From: Octopus sinensis
Lineage: Eukaryota
Length of the DNA: 64,000 nucleotides
Assembly: GCF_006345805.1 (NCBI RefSeq)
Contig: NC_043014.1
Location: 40,114,001 to 40,178,000 of the forward strand
Reading direction: 5' to 3'
Shown: in pieces, positions 1 through 12,799 of the stretch
Numbering within the stretch: the first letter of the stretch is position 1
How the letters are laid out: the number at the start of each line of letters is the position of its first letter
Notes under the pieces: model-generated
What the model was told of the DNA's origin: nothing
Databases searched by the model: none
What the model saw: the letters and a program-made list of their open reading frames with translations, nothing else
Made by a program: the position numbers and the translations under genes

Positions 1-171
1 AGTCTGTGCGTATCACTTAGGTTGACGAGAGAGGAATGACCTCCCTTTGCAAATACCATAAGTGCACAGAAAGTGTGCCTAAAGCCAGCTGGAGACGATG
101 GTTAGCCATATTGAGATGTCTAGTATACTATACTTTTTATTCTTTCTGCAGAAAAAAATTTTGGTTGCAGT

Positions 172-570
172 TAGTCTTTTACTTGTTTCAGCCATTTGAC
201 TGTGGCCATGCTGGAGCACCGCCTTTAGTCGAGCAAATTGACCCCTGGTCTTATTCTTTGAAAGCCTAGTACTTATTCTATCCGTCTCTTTTGCTTAACC
301 ACTAAGTCACTGGGACATAAACACACCAGCGTCGGTTGTCAAGTATTGTTGGGGGGGGGCAAACACAGACATACAAACATATACACACAAGTACATATAC
401 ATATATATACAACAGGCTTCTTTCAGTTTCCGTCTACCAATCCACTCAGGGCTTTGGTTGGCCCGAGGCTATAGTAGAAGACACTTGCCCAAGGTGCCAT
501 GCAGTGGGACTGAACCCGGAACCATATGGTTGGTAAGCAAGCTACTTACCACACAGCCATTCCTACGCCT
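172..570 (-). mobile_element. SINE family A (tRNA-derived head, CORE-like ccttgggcaag box, internal TA/CA microsatellite, AGT(A)n tail)
   Basis: Head aggcg(t/c)aggagtggctgtgtggtaag...ggttcagtccc. Further copies at about 3006-3800, 15395-16105, 16826-17243, 17730-18630, 18993-19345, 22985-23260, 26407-26800, 31040-31440, 44340-44620, 59419-59820. Confidence 0.85.
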
Positions 571-1674
571 AGGAGTTAGAGGAATAATTCTGACTAACTA
601 TACAGACAAAAACAAAAAACAAACCCTATTATTTTCCTCTTCAGTGTATAAACACAGGGATAATTGCATTAAAAAAAGTTGATACCAAAGCATTAAATGT
701 TTTCCCCCCATCTCTAACCATTTGTTGTTCTCCTCTCACTCTCTTGCAAACTTACCCACTCACCCTTCCTGACCTTTTTGTGCCTATTCTCTCTCCTGCT
801 CACCTTGCACCTTGAGGGTATCCCCTGATACTTTGTCATTACCATCTTTGTCCCTGTTTCCGCTGATCCCATCCTTATATTATGCAGCATAACCGTACAT
901 CTCCTCTTCAGCAAGAAACCCGTTCCTGTCCCTCTATCATATATTGGTTTCAAATTTTGGTACAAGGTCACCAATTTAAGGAGAAGGGGTTACATCGATT
1001 ACATCAACCCCAGTGCTCAACTGGTACTTATCTTATTGCCCCTGAAAGGATGAAAAGTAAAGTCAACTTCAGTGGAATTTGAACTCAGAACATAAAGCTG
1101 GGCTAAATACCTATTTCTTTATTACCCACAAGGGGCTACACACAGAGAGGACAAACAAGGACAGACAAATGGATTAAGTTGATTATATCGACCCCAGTGC
1201 GTAACTGGTACTTATTTAATTGACCCCGAAAGGATGAAAGGCAAAGTCAACCTCAGCGGAATTTGAACTCAGAACGTAGCAGCAGACAAAATATGGCCAC
1301 GCTTTTCGCCCGGCGTACTAACGTTTCTGCCAGTTCACCACCTGGGCTAAATATATCGCAAAGCATTTTACCTGATGTGCTAGCAATTCTGCCAGTTTGC
1401 CACCTTAATAATAATCTTTTCTACTAAAGGCACAAGGCCTGAAATTTGTGGGGAGGTGACTAGTTAATTACATTGACCCCCACTGTTTCACTGGTACTTA
1501 ATTTGTTGTAATATGACCTCAAAAAAATGAAAGGCAAAGTCGACCCTGGCGGAATTTGAACTCAAAATGTAAAGACAGACAAAATGCCATGAAGCGTTTT
1601 GCCCGGCATGCTAACGATTTTTTGTTGTGCCATTCAGAAAGTACTGTTGGGTTGCAGTTTGCTTATAGCTGATC

Positions 1675-2225
1675 TATAATAATGAAATTATTGTATACAG
1701 TGCTCAGGTGCACCACAACTTGTCAGAAAGTGCGTATAGAGTATATGCAGTAATGTACAAATGTCTGGAGAGCGAATAATGTATGAGTCAGATACATGCT
1801 TGTGTGTGTATGGAGGGGAGAAAATCAGGTGTATTGTTAGCGAATCTCAGGAAGCATGAAAGTTTTGAAGGATGCAGTACTCCGACAACTAACAACTGAT
1901 GCCGGCAGTTTGTTCCACGCTTCAGCAACTCTCAGCGTGAAAAAATGTTTCCTAAAGTCATGGGAGCTGTGCTGTTTTCTGACTTTGTAAATATGTCCAT
2001 GGGTGTTAGACAGGTGGAGTTTGAAAAGGTGCTCAGAGTTATTGTTTGTAAGATGGTTAATAATTTTATGGGTGTCTGCCAAGTCAGCTGCCAGACGTCG
2101 AGTTTCAATGTGTCCATGCCCAGGGAAGTAAGGCGTTCAGAATATGGCAAATGCCTGATGGAGGATATTCTCTTGGTTGCACGTCGCTGAACAGTTTCCA
2201 GACGATTGATATCCTGGGCAAGATA
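1675..2225 (-). mobile_element. CR1/L2-type LINE 3' fragment
   Basis: RT C-terminus HDFRKHFFTLRVAEAWNKLP, ATT-type tail. Closely similar copies at 20672-21290 and 37700-38245. Confidence 0.85.
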
Positions 2226-4944
2226 GGAGTGAAAAACCTATAGGACTGAAAAACCTGTCATCACAAATGGCCTCCTGTGATCCACAATCTACTTTTACAA
2301 AGGAATTTTACAGGAATGTTGTATATTCAAAAACAAATGTGGATACATGCCCTGTCTACTTTATACCACATGGCAAATTGTCAAGCAGAGTGTGCAGTAT
2401 TGCTCCAGATAAGAATAAAGCATGGTTTATTTGGGATGCAACTTCTATGGATTACATCGACCCCAGTGTTCAACAGGTACGTATTTCATTGACCCTGAAA
2501 GGTGAAATGTAGAGGTGCAATGGCCCAGTGGTGAGGGCACCGGACTCACGGTTGGAAGATCGCGGTTTCGATTCCCAGATGGGGCGTTGTGTGTGTTTAT
2601 TGAGTGAAAACACCTAAAAGCACCACGAGGTTCCGGCAGGGAGGGGGGGGCGACCCCTGTTGTACTCTTTTGCCACATCTTTCACTCACTCTTTCTTCCT
2701 GCTTCTTGAGTAATGCTGCGATGGACTGGCGTCCCGTCCAGCTGGGGGGAAAACGTACGCCACAGAACCCAGGAAACCGTGAAACCATGAGAAACCGGGA
2801 AACCACAGAAACTGGGAAACCATGAGCCTGGCTAGGCTGGAAAAGGGTGACGAGAAAGTATGGAACGCTAAGGTGACCTTGCAGAATTTGAACTCAGAAC
2901 GTAAAAATGGACTAAATACCAGTAAGCATTTTGCTCAGCATGCTAATGATTCTGCCAGCTTGCCTTATTTCTATCTATAATCATCAAGGTATTTAGTGAT
3001 ATGACTAGGTGCAGGAGTGGCTGTGTGGTAAGTAGCTTGCTTACCAACCACAAGGTTCTGGGTTCAGTTCCACTGCATGGCACCTTGGGCTAGTGTCTTC
3101 TACTATAGCCTCGGGCTAACCAAAGCCTCATGAGTGGATTTGGTAGACGGAAACTGAAAGAAGCCCGTCGTATATATCAAATGGAAATTGTAGTTAAGAC
3201 ACCCGTGACGGTGACATGTAAAAAGCACCATCCGAATGTGGCAGATGCCAGTACCACCATTACTGGCGTCCATGTCGGTGACACGTAAAAGCACCAACCG
3301 ATCGTGGCCTTTTTGCCAGCCTGCTCTGGCCCTTGTGCCGGTAGCATGTAAAAAACACCCACTACACTCATGGAGTGGTTGGCGTTAGGAAGGGCATCCA
3401 GCTGTAGAAACAATGCCAAATTAGACTAGAGCCTGGTGCAACCTCCATGGCTTACCAGACCCCGGTCGAACTGTTCCAACCCATGCTAGCATAGAAAACG
3501 GACGTTAAATGATGATGATGATATATATATGTATGTGTGTGTATATGTTCGTGTGTCTGTGTTTGTCTCCCCGGTTGAACTGTCCAACCCATGCTAGCAT
3601 AGAAAACGGACGTTAAATGATGATGATGATATGTATATGTATGTGTGTGTATATGTTTGTGTGTCTGTGTTTGTCTCCCCAACATCGCTTGACAAAGAAT
3701 AAGTCATGGAGTTGATTTGCTCGACTAAAGGCGGTGCTCCAGCATTGCCGCAGTCAAATGACTGAAACAAGTAAAAGAGTAAAGAGAGTAAAAGAGAGAG
3801 TAACTGCCTCAGTACCAGTCTTGAGGAGTTGGATTTCACAAAACTCAGAACAATACATGCTTAACCAGGAGATTACACCTAGAAACCTTCAAAAAACAAT
3901 ATCAAAGATATTCAAGAATTTTTGCATGTAATCAGGGTTGTCTTAGCCACATTATAAGTCCCTGGGCAAATCAATACATTGGGCCCTATCCTTATAGTAT
4001 TTATTTATTGACAGCAAGCCACAACATATGTATGTCGTGGATCTTGCATGCATGAAGTGGATTTGATCCACCACAGCCAAATTTAAATTAGCACTGCAAC
4101 AGAACTGTTCCCATGGTGGAACAATAGTTTTTCTCTGACAGCATTTTTACATCTTCCAGATGCCTTTAGCTAGGCTGAAATAATGTCTTCACCACTTGAC
4201 CCCTTCTAACCTCTTCTATTTCACTAAAAGCTAGAATAGAGATAACAAGACCACCAACTAAATCTATTGTTCTCAATCATATATCTATCCTTCTGGATAG
4301 TTATATAAGCAAGCACATCCCAAGCAAAAATCAGTTCGTCACAGTCATGACGACTCAACAGAGTTAGCCACAGTCGGTGACGACTCAACAAGGGTCAAAG
4401 GGAGAAAGCAACTGGGAGACAACACCCTACAATTCTCTCTAGCTCTAATTCTGTTCTCTTTCAACATCATTCCATCTGTCTCAGCAATTACTACTAAACA
4501 ATGAAGAGGACACAAACACAAACTTTACTTCGCATGCTTTTAGATGTATCATAACCTGCCCGTCGAGGGAAGGTATTTGTAACATAATGGTAAATAAATA
4601 CTTTCTTAAAACTTCATGCATTGTTCAACATTCACATCCTACAATATGCAATTATAACAACAAATCTTTATCGTTGTAACTGCTGACTTCGACACATCTT
4701 AATATTGTTTACAAATCAATTTCTGCCATTACATATACAACAGAATTGGGTTCCGAGACCTGTGAGGCCCCAGAGTAACTGTTCAGTGGACCCATAGCAA
4801 TGTGTATAGTGAGTGCATATATATACATATATACAGATCCATGTCTTCTAGGTGGTTCAGCCATTGGACTGCGGCCATCCTGGGGCAACATATTGACGAT
4901 ATAATGGCATTCATGCCTATACCCATATACAGTGTGTAAGTTGG

Positions 4945-5490
4945 CAGAAACGTTAGCACGCTGGGCGAAATGCTTTGTGATATTTCGTCAGCCGCTGCGT
5001 TCTGAGTTCAAATTCCGCCGAGGTCGACTTTGCCTTTCATCCTTTCGGATCGATAAAGTACCAGTTAGGCACTGGGGTCGATATAATCGACTTAATCCGT
5101 TTGTCCTCTCTGTGTTTAGCCCCTTGCGGGTAGTAAAGAAATAGGTATTTCGTCTGCCGTTACGTTCTGAGTTCAAATTCCGCCGAGGTCAACTTTGCCT
5201 TTCATCCTTTCGGGGTCGATTAAATAAGTACCAGTTACACACTGGGGTTGATATAATCGAATTAATCCGTTTGTCTGTCCTTGTTTGTCCCCGCTATGTT
5301 TAGCCCCTTGTGGGCAATAAAGAAATAGGTATTTCGTCTGTTTTTACATTCTGAGTTAAAATTCACCGAGGTCGACTTTGCCTTTCATCCTTTCGGGGTC
5401 GATAAATTAAGTATCAGTTGCGTACTGGGGTCGATCTAAACGACTGGACCCCTCCCCCAAAATTACGGACCTTGTGTCAAGAGTAGAAAA
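4945..5490 (+). mobile_element. SINE family B trimer
   Basis: One headed unit followed by two headless units joined at aaagaaataggtatttcgtctg. Confidence 0.8.
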
Positions 5491-6992
5491 AAATACATAT
5501 AATTGTGGTAGGGGCGCCTTCCCCAGGCAAATTTCAATCCCGGATTCACGCCTGCACGTACATACACAAACACGCGCGCACACACACAGACATACAAATT
5601 AACTTCCGTACTGTTTCCGTGCACCAAATTCCATTGACAAGGGACCGGTCAACCTGAAGCTACAGTAGAAGGCAATTTGCTGTGTTGAGGTATGCTTTTA
5701 TACTAAATAGGTTATACAATAATTAAAAAAAAATTTTTTCAAGAATTTTGCACTTTATATTGTTAATAGATACATATAAAAGACGTTTGATGCTTAGAAT
5801 TAAGATTACTGGACCTTAGAATAACGTCCGTGACAAGATCCGAATGTATAACGGTACGATCAGTTTATCCAGTATCTTAACTTCTCAATAGTGCGCTTAC
5901 TTCAGTCACTATGGTGTCCCATATCTACTTCAGTAAAACTAAATCCTTATTCTATACAACTGAAATACTCTTGACAAATAAGTAGGAATATATTAGAAAG
6001 GACTGTCACTTTCAGTGACGATAAGTGATTGTATAAGACGTAATATGTGTGTTACACGGAAACACTTATTCACACCCTAACTCCTCCAGCAGATTAAAAC
6101 GACTCACAAAAAGTAGTCTTTCAAAGCAACTCTATGTGGAGATAATTCTAACAAGCCAAAGCACAATTCTGGTGTACTTTGAACTCTGTTTGTTATTGTT
6201 TTTTTATAATCCAATTTACGCGGAAGCTGCTGTAATTTACCAGAAAAACAAAGAAGGACTCCACGTTTATATTTTCGCAGAAGTGAGCATAACTGAATTT
6301 TCAAACTTTTATATTTATTATAAGTTGTTGTTATTTGTCTCATCGCTGGATCTTTTGATTCCACTTGGGTATAGAATTCGTGGTTATCACGCTTGTTAAT
6401 TTCTGTCTCTCTCCAAGATATCCTTTAGCTTTAGTTCGACAGGACAGTGTAGAAGTAGTTGTTAAATCTACTAGAATACGAAGAAAGAAATTGGGAAACC
6501 GTTTCTGGGGAGGAGAACAAATTTCCTTAAAATCATATTAATATCCAAACCGATAAAATGTGATTGTTATTAACTAGATAACATTACCTACACTAGCAAC
6601 ATAATTATAATACTCGTAAATGGTTGGATTAATTTCAGAGATTAGAAAGAAGTTATGTGCATATTTTTTATTTGATCTTGTAATTTATAATTCATTTATA
6701 ATTTCATTTCTAAAAAAAAAACAATTTAACTAAGTTCAAAAAGGAAAAAATAAATTAAACTATGAAGCGGTTTTCTTTTTAAAAAATTTTGATGTTGACC
6801 CATTTATATAGACACAAAATGTAATTTGACACTCCCCATGTACACATTATACAGTAATTTACATTTTAAAATCTTTACAAAAGAAAAATTAAGTACCACA
6901 TTCCTTTACTACGTTAACAAATACATTTGAAATATATTTTTGACAGACTTCGATATTTTCAAATGAAAACTATTATGATAGTTAAACTCCGA

Positions 6993-8855
6993 TTTTTTTC
7001 TGGGAAAGTAAAATTTAAGAAATCGTTTGAATCAATTCAATAGATTATTATTTATTTTGGTAATCTACAAAAATAGACAACAAAACTTAATCATTATCTA
7101 CCGATGACATCCTGACACTTTACTCAGGACACTGTTCTATATAGATTTGTGAATGTAAAGCAGTTGAACGAACTTCACTTTAAATTTAAATATTTGCCTA
7201 TCAGATATTGGGACAGTTTTTCCCTCATCACTTTTGATTTTAAATCTGTTTAACCAACTAATGTATAATAGCGAAAAACTAAATAAATAAGAATCAAGAC
7301 CATTGAAAAGGTTGCAAGACGCAACGAAAATTTTAGGAAAATAAAAATAAGAAATAAGTGGAAATTTTACTGGTGAGTGTGTTAAATAATAAGGCACTAA
7401 AAGAGAATGACTCTCCCCAGACACAACAGAATATGCTTCAACACACGAACACATATAAAGAATCTAGCAAACCAAATCCAAAAACGAAATATAAATAAAT
7501 AAACTACTTAGTTAAAGTGGGTATCCTCACGTTTACGGACCTAAATTCAAGTAGAAATAGCGACGACCCGAAGTTGTTTTACAAACTAAAATATCTTCCT
7601 AAAGTGTATTAAAATATAACGCATTCGAAATAAGAAAGAAAAAGTATTAACTGGGTTTTGGTCAGGTAGTGTCTCCGGACAGTTCACATGGACAAATGTG
7701 AATTAAATGACATATTGCACACCAGTCAACACAATTAACGTGAGTTCGGGGGGCACCTACTAGATTAAAAAAAAAAAGAAGCTCTCCAGACAGAACTTCT
7801 TAATCTATAGCAGCAATGTCCAGTATCTTGTTTTGGTCGATAATAGCAAATTTCGCTTGTGGATGTCCGTCTGGCCATTAGGACAGTACAAAGCTCAGTC
7901 AAAAGACCAATTTGAATTTAGGATCCGTAAAAGTGAGGAGATATTCTATTAAAGAATACCAAAATGTCAACAAGTAGGTTGTTATTTGTAAACAAACAAG
8001 ATGCATATTTTGTTTTTAAATTTAGTTGTCTAGACTGAAGAACAAAGTCAACCTCAAACAATTGAACTCGGGACAATTTTTCCTGTCACATTTTGGAAGA
8101 CCTGTTTAAGGAGTCATTTCCACCGATCCGTGACATATGTCATTTAATTCACTTTTGTCCATGTGAACTGTCCGGAGACACTACCTGACCAAAACCCAGT
8201 TAATACTTTTTCTTTCTTATTTCGAATGCATTATATTTTATACACTTTAGGAACAATATTTCAGTTTGTAAATCAACTTCGAGTCGTCGCTATTTCTACT
8301 TGAATCTAGGTCCGTAAAAGTGAGGATACCCACTTTAACTAAGTAGTTTATTTATTTATATTTTCGTTTCTGGATTTGGTTTGTTAGATTCTTTATGAGT
8401 TCGTGTGTTGAAGCATATTCTGTTGTGTCTGGGGAAAGTCATTTTCTTTTTGTGCCTTATTATTTAACACATTCACCAGTAAAATTTCCACTTATTTCTT
8501 ATTTTCATTTTCCTAAAATTTTCGTTGCGTCTTGCAACCTTTTCAATAGTCTTGACTCTTATTTATTTAGTTTTTCGTTTTTACACATTAGTTGGTTAAT
8601 CAGATTTAAAATCAAAAGTGATGAGGGAAAAACTGTCCAAATATCCGATAGGCAAATGTTTAAATTTAAAGTGAAGTTCGTTCAACTGCTTTACATTCAC
8701 GAATCTATATAGAACAGTGTCCTGAGTAAAGTATCAGGATGTCATTGGTAGATAATGATTAAGTTTTGTTGTCTATTTTTGTAGATTACCAAAATAAATA
8801 ATAATCTATTGAATTGATTCAAACAATTTCTTAAATTTTACTTTCCCAGAAAAAA
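6993..8855. repeat. Long inverted repeat: arms ~6993-7715 and ~8135-8855, ~420-bp spacer
   Basis: Arms are highly similar reverse complements over ~720 bp, which explains the mirrored ORFs 7137..7454(-) and 8395..8712(+). Confidence 0.92.
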
Positions 8856-10149
8856 TGGGTTTCAGAAACCATAGAGGTATTAGTATTTTGGGGGAGGAGA
8901 ACAAATTTCTTTCATATCTTCGCTGAAAATAAGATATAAAACGGCGCTAAGCGGTTCAATGCTTGCTTTTCTACACACCTCCAACTTTGTTTCTTCATAA
9001 CTTTCTGAAAATTGGGTATTTTCTAATGAAGTTTCCTACAAATATGTACCAGATGGTTTACCTTACGATTGTATCGGAATTTGATACGTATCTGAAACGC
9101 ATTTATTGAAAATTTCATTAAAAATATATTAGTTTTTCAGGAAAATTATGAGGAAAAAAACCCAGTTGGGATGGGGGCACACTTATGTAGTTATGCCTGT
9201 AGATATGTGTAATGCAAGAAAGTTTTTAATCGAAGCGGAATATTCCCGATTGAGTCGTAAATATCGCGGGCGGAGGAAAAGAAAACGTACATCACCCGTC
9301 TTCGGCGTAACAAAAACCCTGATTCCAACCTAAACCCTAACCCTAAACACCGGGTGTACGTATTCTTTACTTTCGCTATATCGCGTAAATTAATTAATTA
9401 GATGATAATTATTGGTTATTACAAGTTTGTCATTTATAATTTACTACAGGAGTGAAAGTACCTCTCGATATTTGTTAAAATATTTTGTCAGAATCAATTT
9501 TGTTCACAATAGTGTATTTACATCGGAATATCGCAGGACCTGGACTGCGTGCAGGCTACGGGTAGAGTTTAGGGATACAGCAAGACTTAGATTTCCAACA
9601 GTGATCGAAAATAGGCTTTTAATATTTATAAAATAACATTGTTGAAAGCTGTCAAAGGAAATCAAGAGCGTTACAGATTAAAATTTAAGGATGGTCTGTT
9701 GTGTCTGGGGAGAGTAATTTTCTTTTTGTGCTTGTGCTATAATTGAACACACTCACCGGTAAAATTTCCACTTATTTCTTATTTTTATTTTCCTAAAATT
9801 TTCGTTGCTTCTTGCAACCTTTTCAATAGTCTTGACTATTAAGGATGGTGTTATTTAAAAAAAAAAAAGGCTTCAATAAATTATTTAAAATTGAAAAAAG
9901 AAAGGAAGAAAACACTAACATTTGTTACATTTGAAGCAAATTAGCGCTAATGTGCAATTATATGGTGTGTGTGTGTGTATATTAACTTGCTTTTTTATAT
10001 ATGCTTTTCCATGCTGGCATGAATTAGATGAAACTTGAAGCAAATTTTGTACGGGCAAATGCGTTTGTTGTCTCTACCCCCCCCCATACAAACGAAGGTT
10101 TCTTCTCAGTTTCTGCCTACAGCTACACACACACACAAGAGTTGAACAT

Positions 10150-10930
10150 ACAAGATGCATGCCAGAAGTTTTCTGACTTTTCAGGAGGGCCATTTGTTAT
10201 TTTAATATAAGTACAAAACTCATAATCTCCTACAAAATAGGATCCTCTGATTTCAATGCACATGTAGTGCTCCAACCTTTTTGTGAAGGCCCCATGGAAG
10301 ATCTCCAAAGTGAAGGTGTCCAAGACCCTTGTCATCACAGGCCTCCTTCATCTTTAAAATCACTGACGCTGAGGTTCTCCTTCAGCTTGAAGAACAACCA
10401 AAAGTCACAGGGACAAGGTCTGGACTGAGAGGAGAGTGAGGGACAGTTTTGATGTCCATCTCTGTCAAGTAGTTGCTTACCAGGATGCTTGTCACTGAGC
10501 ACTCTGGAAACGAACTTTGCTGAAGTTTCGTGCATGTTCAGATCTTCACGAATAATTCTGTGGACAGTTGCCGCACCATCTTCAAACTGTATGCTTTATA
10601 GATACACAAACACAACAGCCTTCATTCAGAAAATTGTGAAATTTCTCAACCAGCTCTGTTGTTCTGACGCCTCTCTCCCTACCACTCTTCTCATTATCTC
10701 ATAACTTCTCTCTCCCAGCCTTGAGCTTCTTGTGCCAGCAAAAGCATTAATCCATAAGCAGCCTGGATCATCTCATAACTTTCTGAAGCATTTTTGCCAG
10801 GTTTAACACAAAACTTTATTGCGTAGTGAGCTTCCAAATGTTCTAACTACATTCTGCAAACAAATCAGCTGTGACTAGCAATGTTTAGTAGAGTGTATTC
10901 AGAGTGCTGTCACAGCCATCTCCTTCAACC
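10150..10930 (-). mobile_element. mariner-family remnant, internally deleted
   Basis: Minus strand SQSRPCPCDFWLFFKLKENL resembles the YSPDLAPCDFWLFPKLK motif. Confidence 0.6.
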
Positions 10931-11489
10931 TGGAATAACAAAAAAAGATGGCAGGTCAGCTTATTGGATGTATAGCAATGCTATACTAAAATCACAATAA
11001 TCTATGCGCCGTCATTGGTCATTTAAAGTTGAGACAGTGTCACGTGACAACTTGCTGGAGCTGCCTGCTGGAGCCTAACAGCAGGTATTTAAAGGGAAAA
11101 AATTTGACAAGACAGTCAGTTGCCCGCTGACACTCGTTGATGCTACATCGAAGAGGCCAGGGAACAGAACAGAAGACATGCACCCAACACCAGAGCTGAA
11201 GACACCTCCGAAAGTGGGGGAGGGGGCCCTGCCATTTCAAAACGGTAGAGGAGTAGGGGCCAAAACCTAACGTGGTTCCTCCTGATGATGTTTTGAGCTA
11301 ACTGGATCCTATAAAGGAGCTGTTGTGGTAGCAGACCACGAAACACAGTTGAAATTCCTGACAGTTATAAATGCCTGTCCTAAAAAATTCTCAAAACTTC
11401 TGGAATGCACCTTCTACATGGTTTCCTGCAATCCTACATCTTCTTTTCAATGCCATTGAAATCATTCTATCAAAATCAATTCGATGACT

Positions 11490-12022
11490 GGCATCCGTGC
11501 TAGTGGGGTGCAAAGAGTACCATATGAGTGTGATCGTTGACAGAGCGGCTAACCGGCTTCTGCGCCAGTGGCACATAAAGGGGCACCATTTGAGTATGAT
11601 CATTACCAGCGTCGCCTTACTGGCACTTGTGCATGTGCTAGTAAGGTGCCAAGAGCACCATCTGAGCGTGATCGTTGCCAGAGCAGCCAACTGGCTTCCG
11701 TACCCGTGCCACGTAAAAGGGCACCATTCGAGCGTGATCGTCACTTCACTGGCACCTGTGCTGGTGGCACGTGTAAAAAGATTCAAGCGAGGTCATTGCC
11801 AGTACCGCCTGACTGGCCCCCATGCCGGTGGCACGTAAAAAGCACCCACTACACTCTCAGAGTGGTTGGCGTTAGGAAGGGCATCCAGCTGTAGAAACTC
11901 TGCCAGATCAAGATTGGAGCCTGGTGCAGCCATCTGGTTCACCAGCCCTCAGTCAAAATCGTCCAACCCATGCTAGCATGGAAAGCGGACGTTAAACGAT
12001 GATGATGATGATGATGATGATG
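11490..12022 (+). mobile_element. SINE-like family C ((GAT)n tail; 5' tandem ~55-bp modules)
   Basis: Conserved gagtggttggcgttaggaagggcatccagctgtagaaac...ggacgttaaacgatgatgat. Copies at about 3185-3520, 15020-15280(-), 22405-22970(-), 25755-25998, 29385-29735, 34560-34775, 41530-41920(-), 44620-44930(-). Confidence 0.8.
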
Positions 12023-12235
12023 GTCATATCACCAATATGAACAATTTGTGAATTGTGATCTCTTATTTCTGTTCTATGGCTACTTGTGTGCTAATTCATT
12101 GCCTTGTTTTTTTTCTGTAACCAATTTTTATGTGATATAATAACAGTTGAAGAATATTCTGAGTAAAGATGTATCATCTACCCGTTATATTTTATCTGAT
12201 TAATATATATCGCAATCATTTAATTCCAGGTAACA

Positions 12236-12799
12236 ATGGGAGGCCGCCAGTTAAGCACGGCTCTGTCCGATTTTTTCCTGGCCTTGTCAGCTTATTTCGT
12301 GGCAGTGAAACTAAAAGAAGTATGCGTCATCGCAGGACTCGGCATCTTCATTCAAGGAATGGCGGCTAGCATGGGAGTAGCTCGATTTTCAATGGAAAAA
12401 CCATACAAGGATATCATCAGAGCACACATGCTTTTTTCTTTACTGGCGACATTTGTCGGGATTCCATTATTGTCCATTGGATTCTGTATTTACTATCAAT
12501 TCACAATGTTATCGTGGATTCTCTCTGCAGTTTGCTTTTTGGCCATTACCTTCAGCTTCTTCATGGACTCAGAGGTGAAACGCTCGATATCAGAACCAAT
12601 GGCAGGTATGGCAATTATCATCATAATTGCTCTGTGTCTATATCACGAAAACTTGTTTGGATTTTTAGCTTGTATTATATACATACTTTCTGGTGTGATG
12701 GTTGGAAGCGAAGGAGTTTGGTTTGGAATCCTGCGTATTGATTTGCTCCATTATACTTTGGTTCTTGGTAACCTAGCATTTTACAAATCATTTACATAA
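12236..12799 (+). CDS. TMEM276: Multi-pass membrane protein, TMEM276-like (187 aa, single coding exon)
   Basis: Uninterrupted hydrophobic ORF with several TM segments. N-terminal STALSD and internal TFVGIPLL resemble human TMEM276 (STALSH...TVIGLPLL) as recalled. Splice acceptor ttccag ends at 12230 just before the ATG, implying a non-coding upstream exon. AATAAA at 12958-12963. Confidence 0.7.
   Translation: MGGRQLSTALSDFFLALSAYFVAVKLKEVCVIAGLGIFIQGMAASMGVARFSMEKPYKDIIRAHMLFSLLATFVGIPLLSIGFCIYYQFTMLSWILSAVCFLAITFSFFMDSEVKRSISEPMAGMAIIIIIALCLYHENLFGFLACIIYILSGVMVGSEGVWFGILRIDLLHYTLVLGNLAFYKSFT

Noticed and set aside
7137-8712. Duplicated 105-aa protein gene pair
   Set aside because: The ORFs are mirror images from the inverted repeat, overlap a dispersed repeat family and have no protein features.
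11090-11480. Upstream coding exon of the TMEM276-like gene
   Set aside because: Multiple stops in all frames. Weak PCH...PNVVPP..LDPI resemblance suggests a decayed Tc1/maT-type transposase, too degraded to call.
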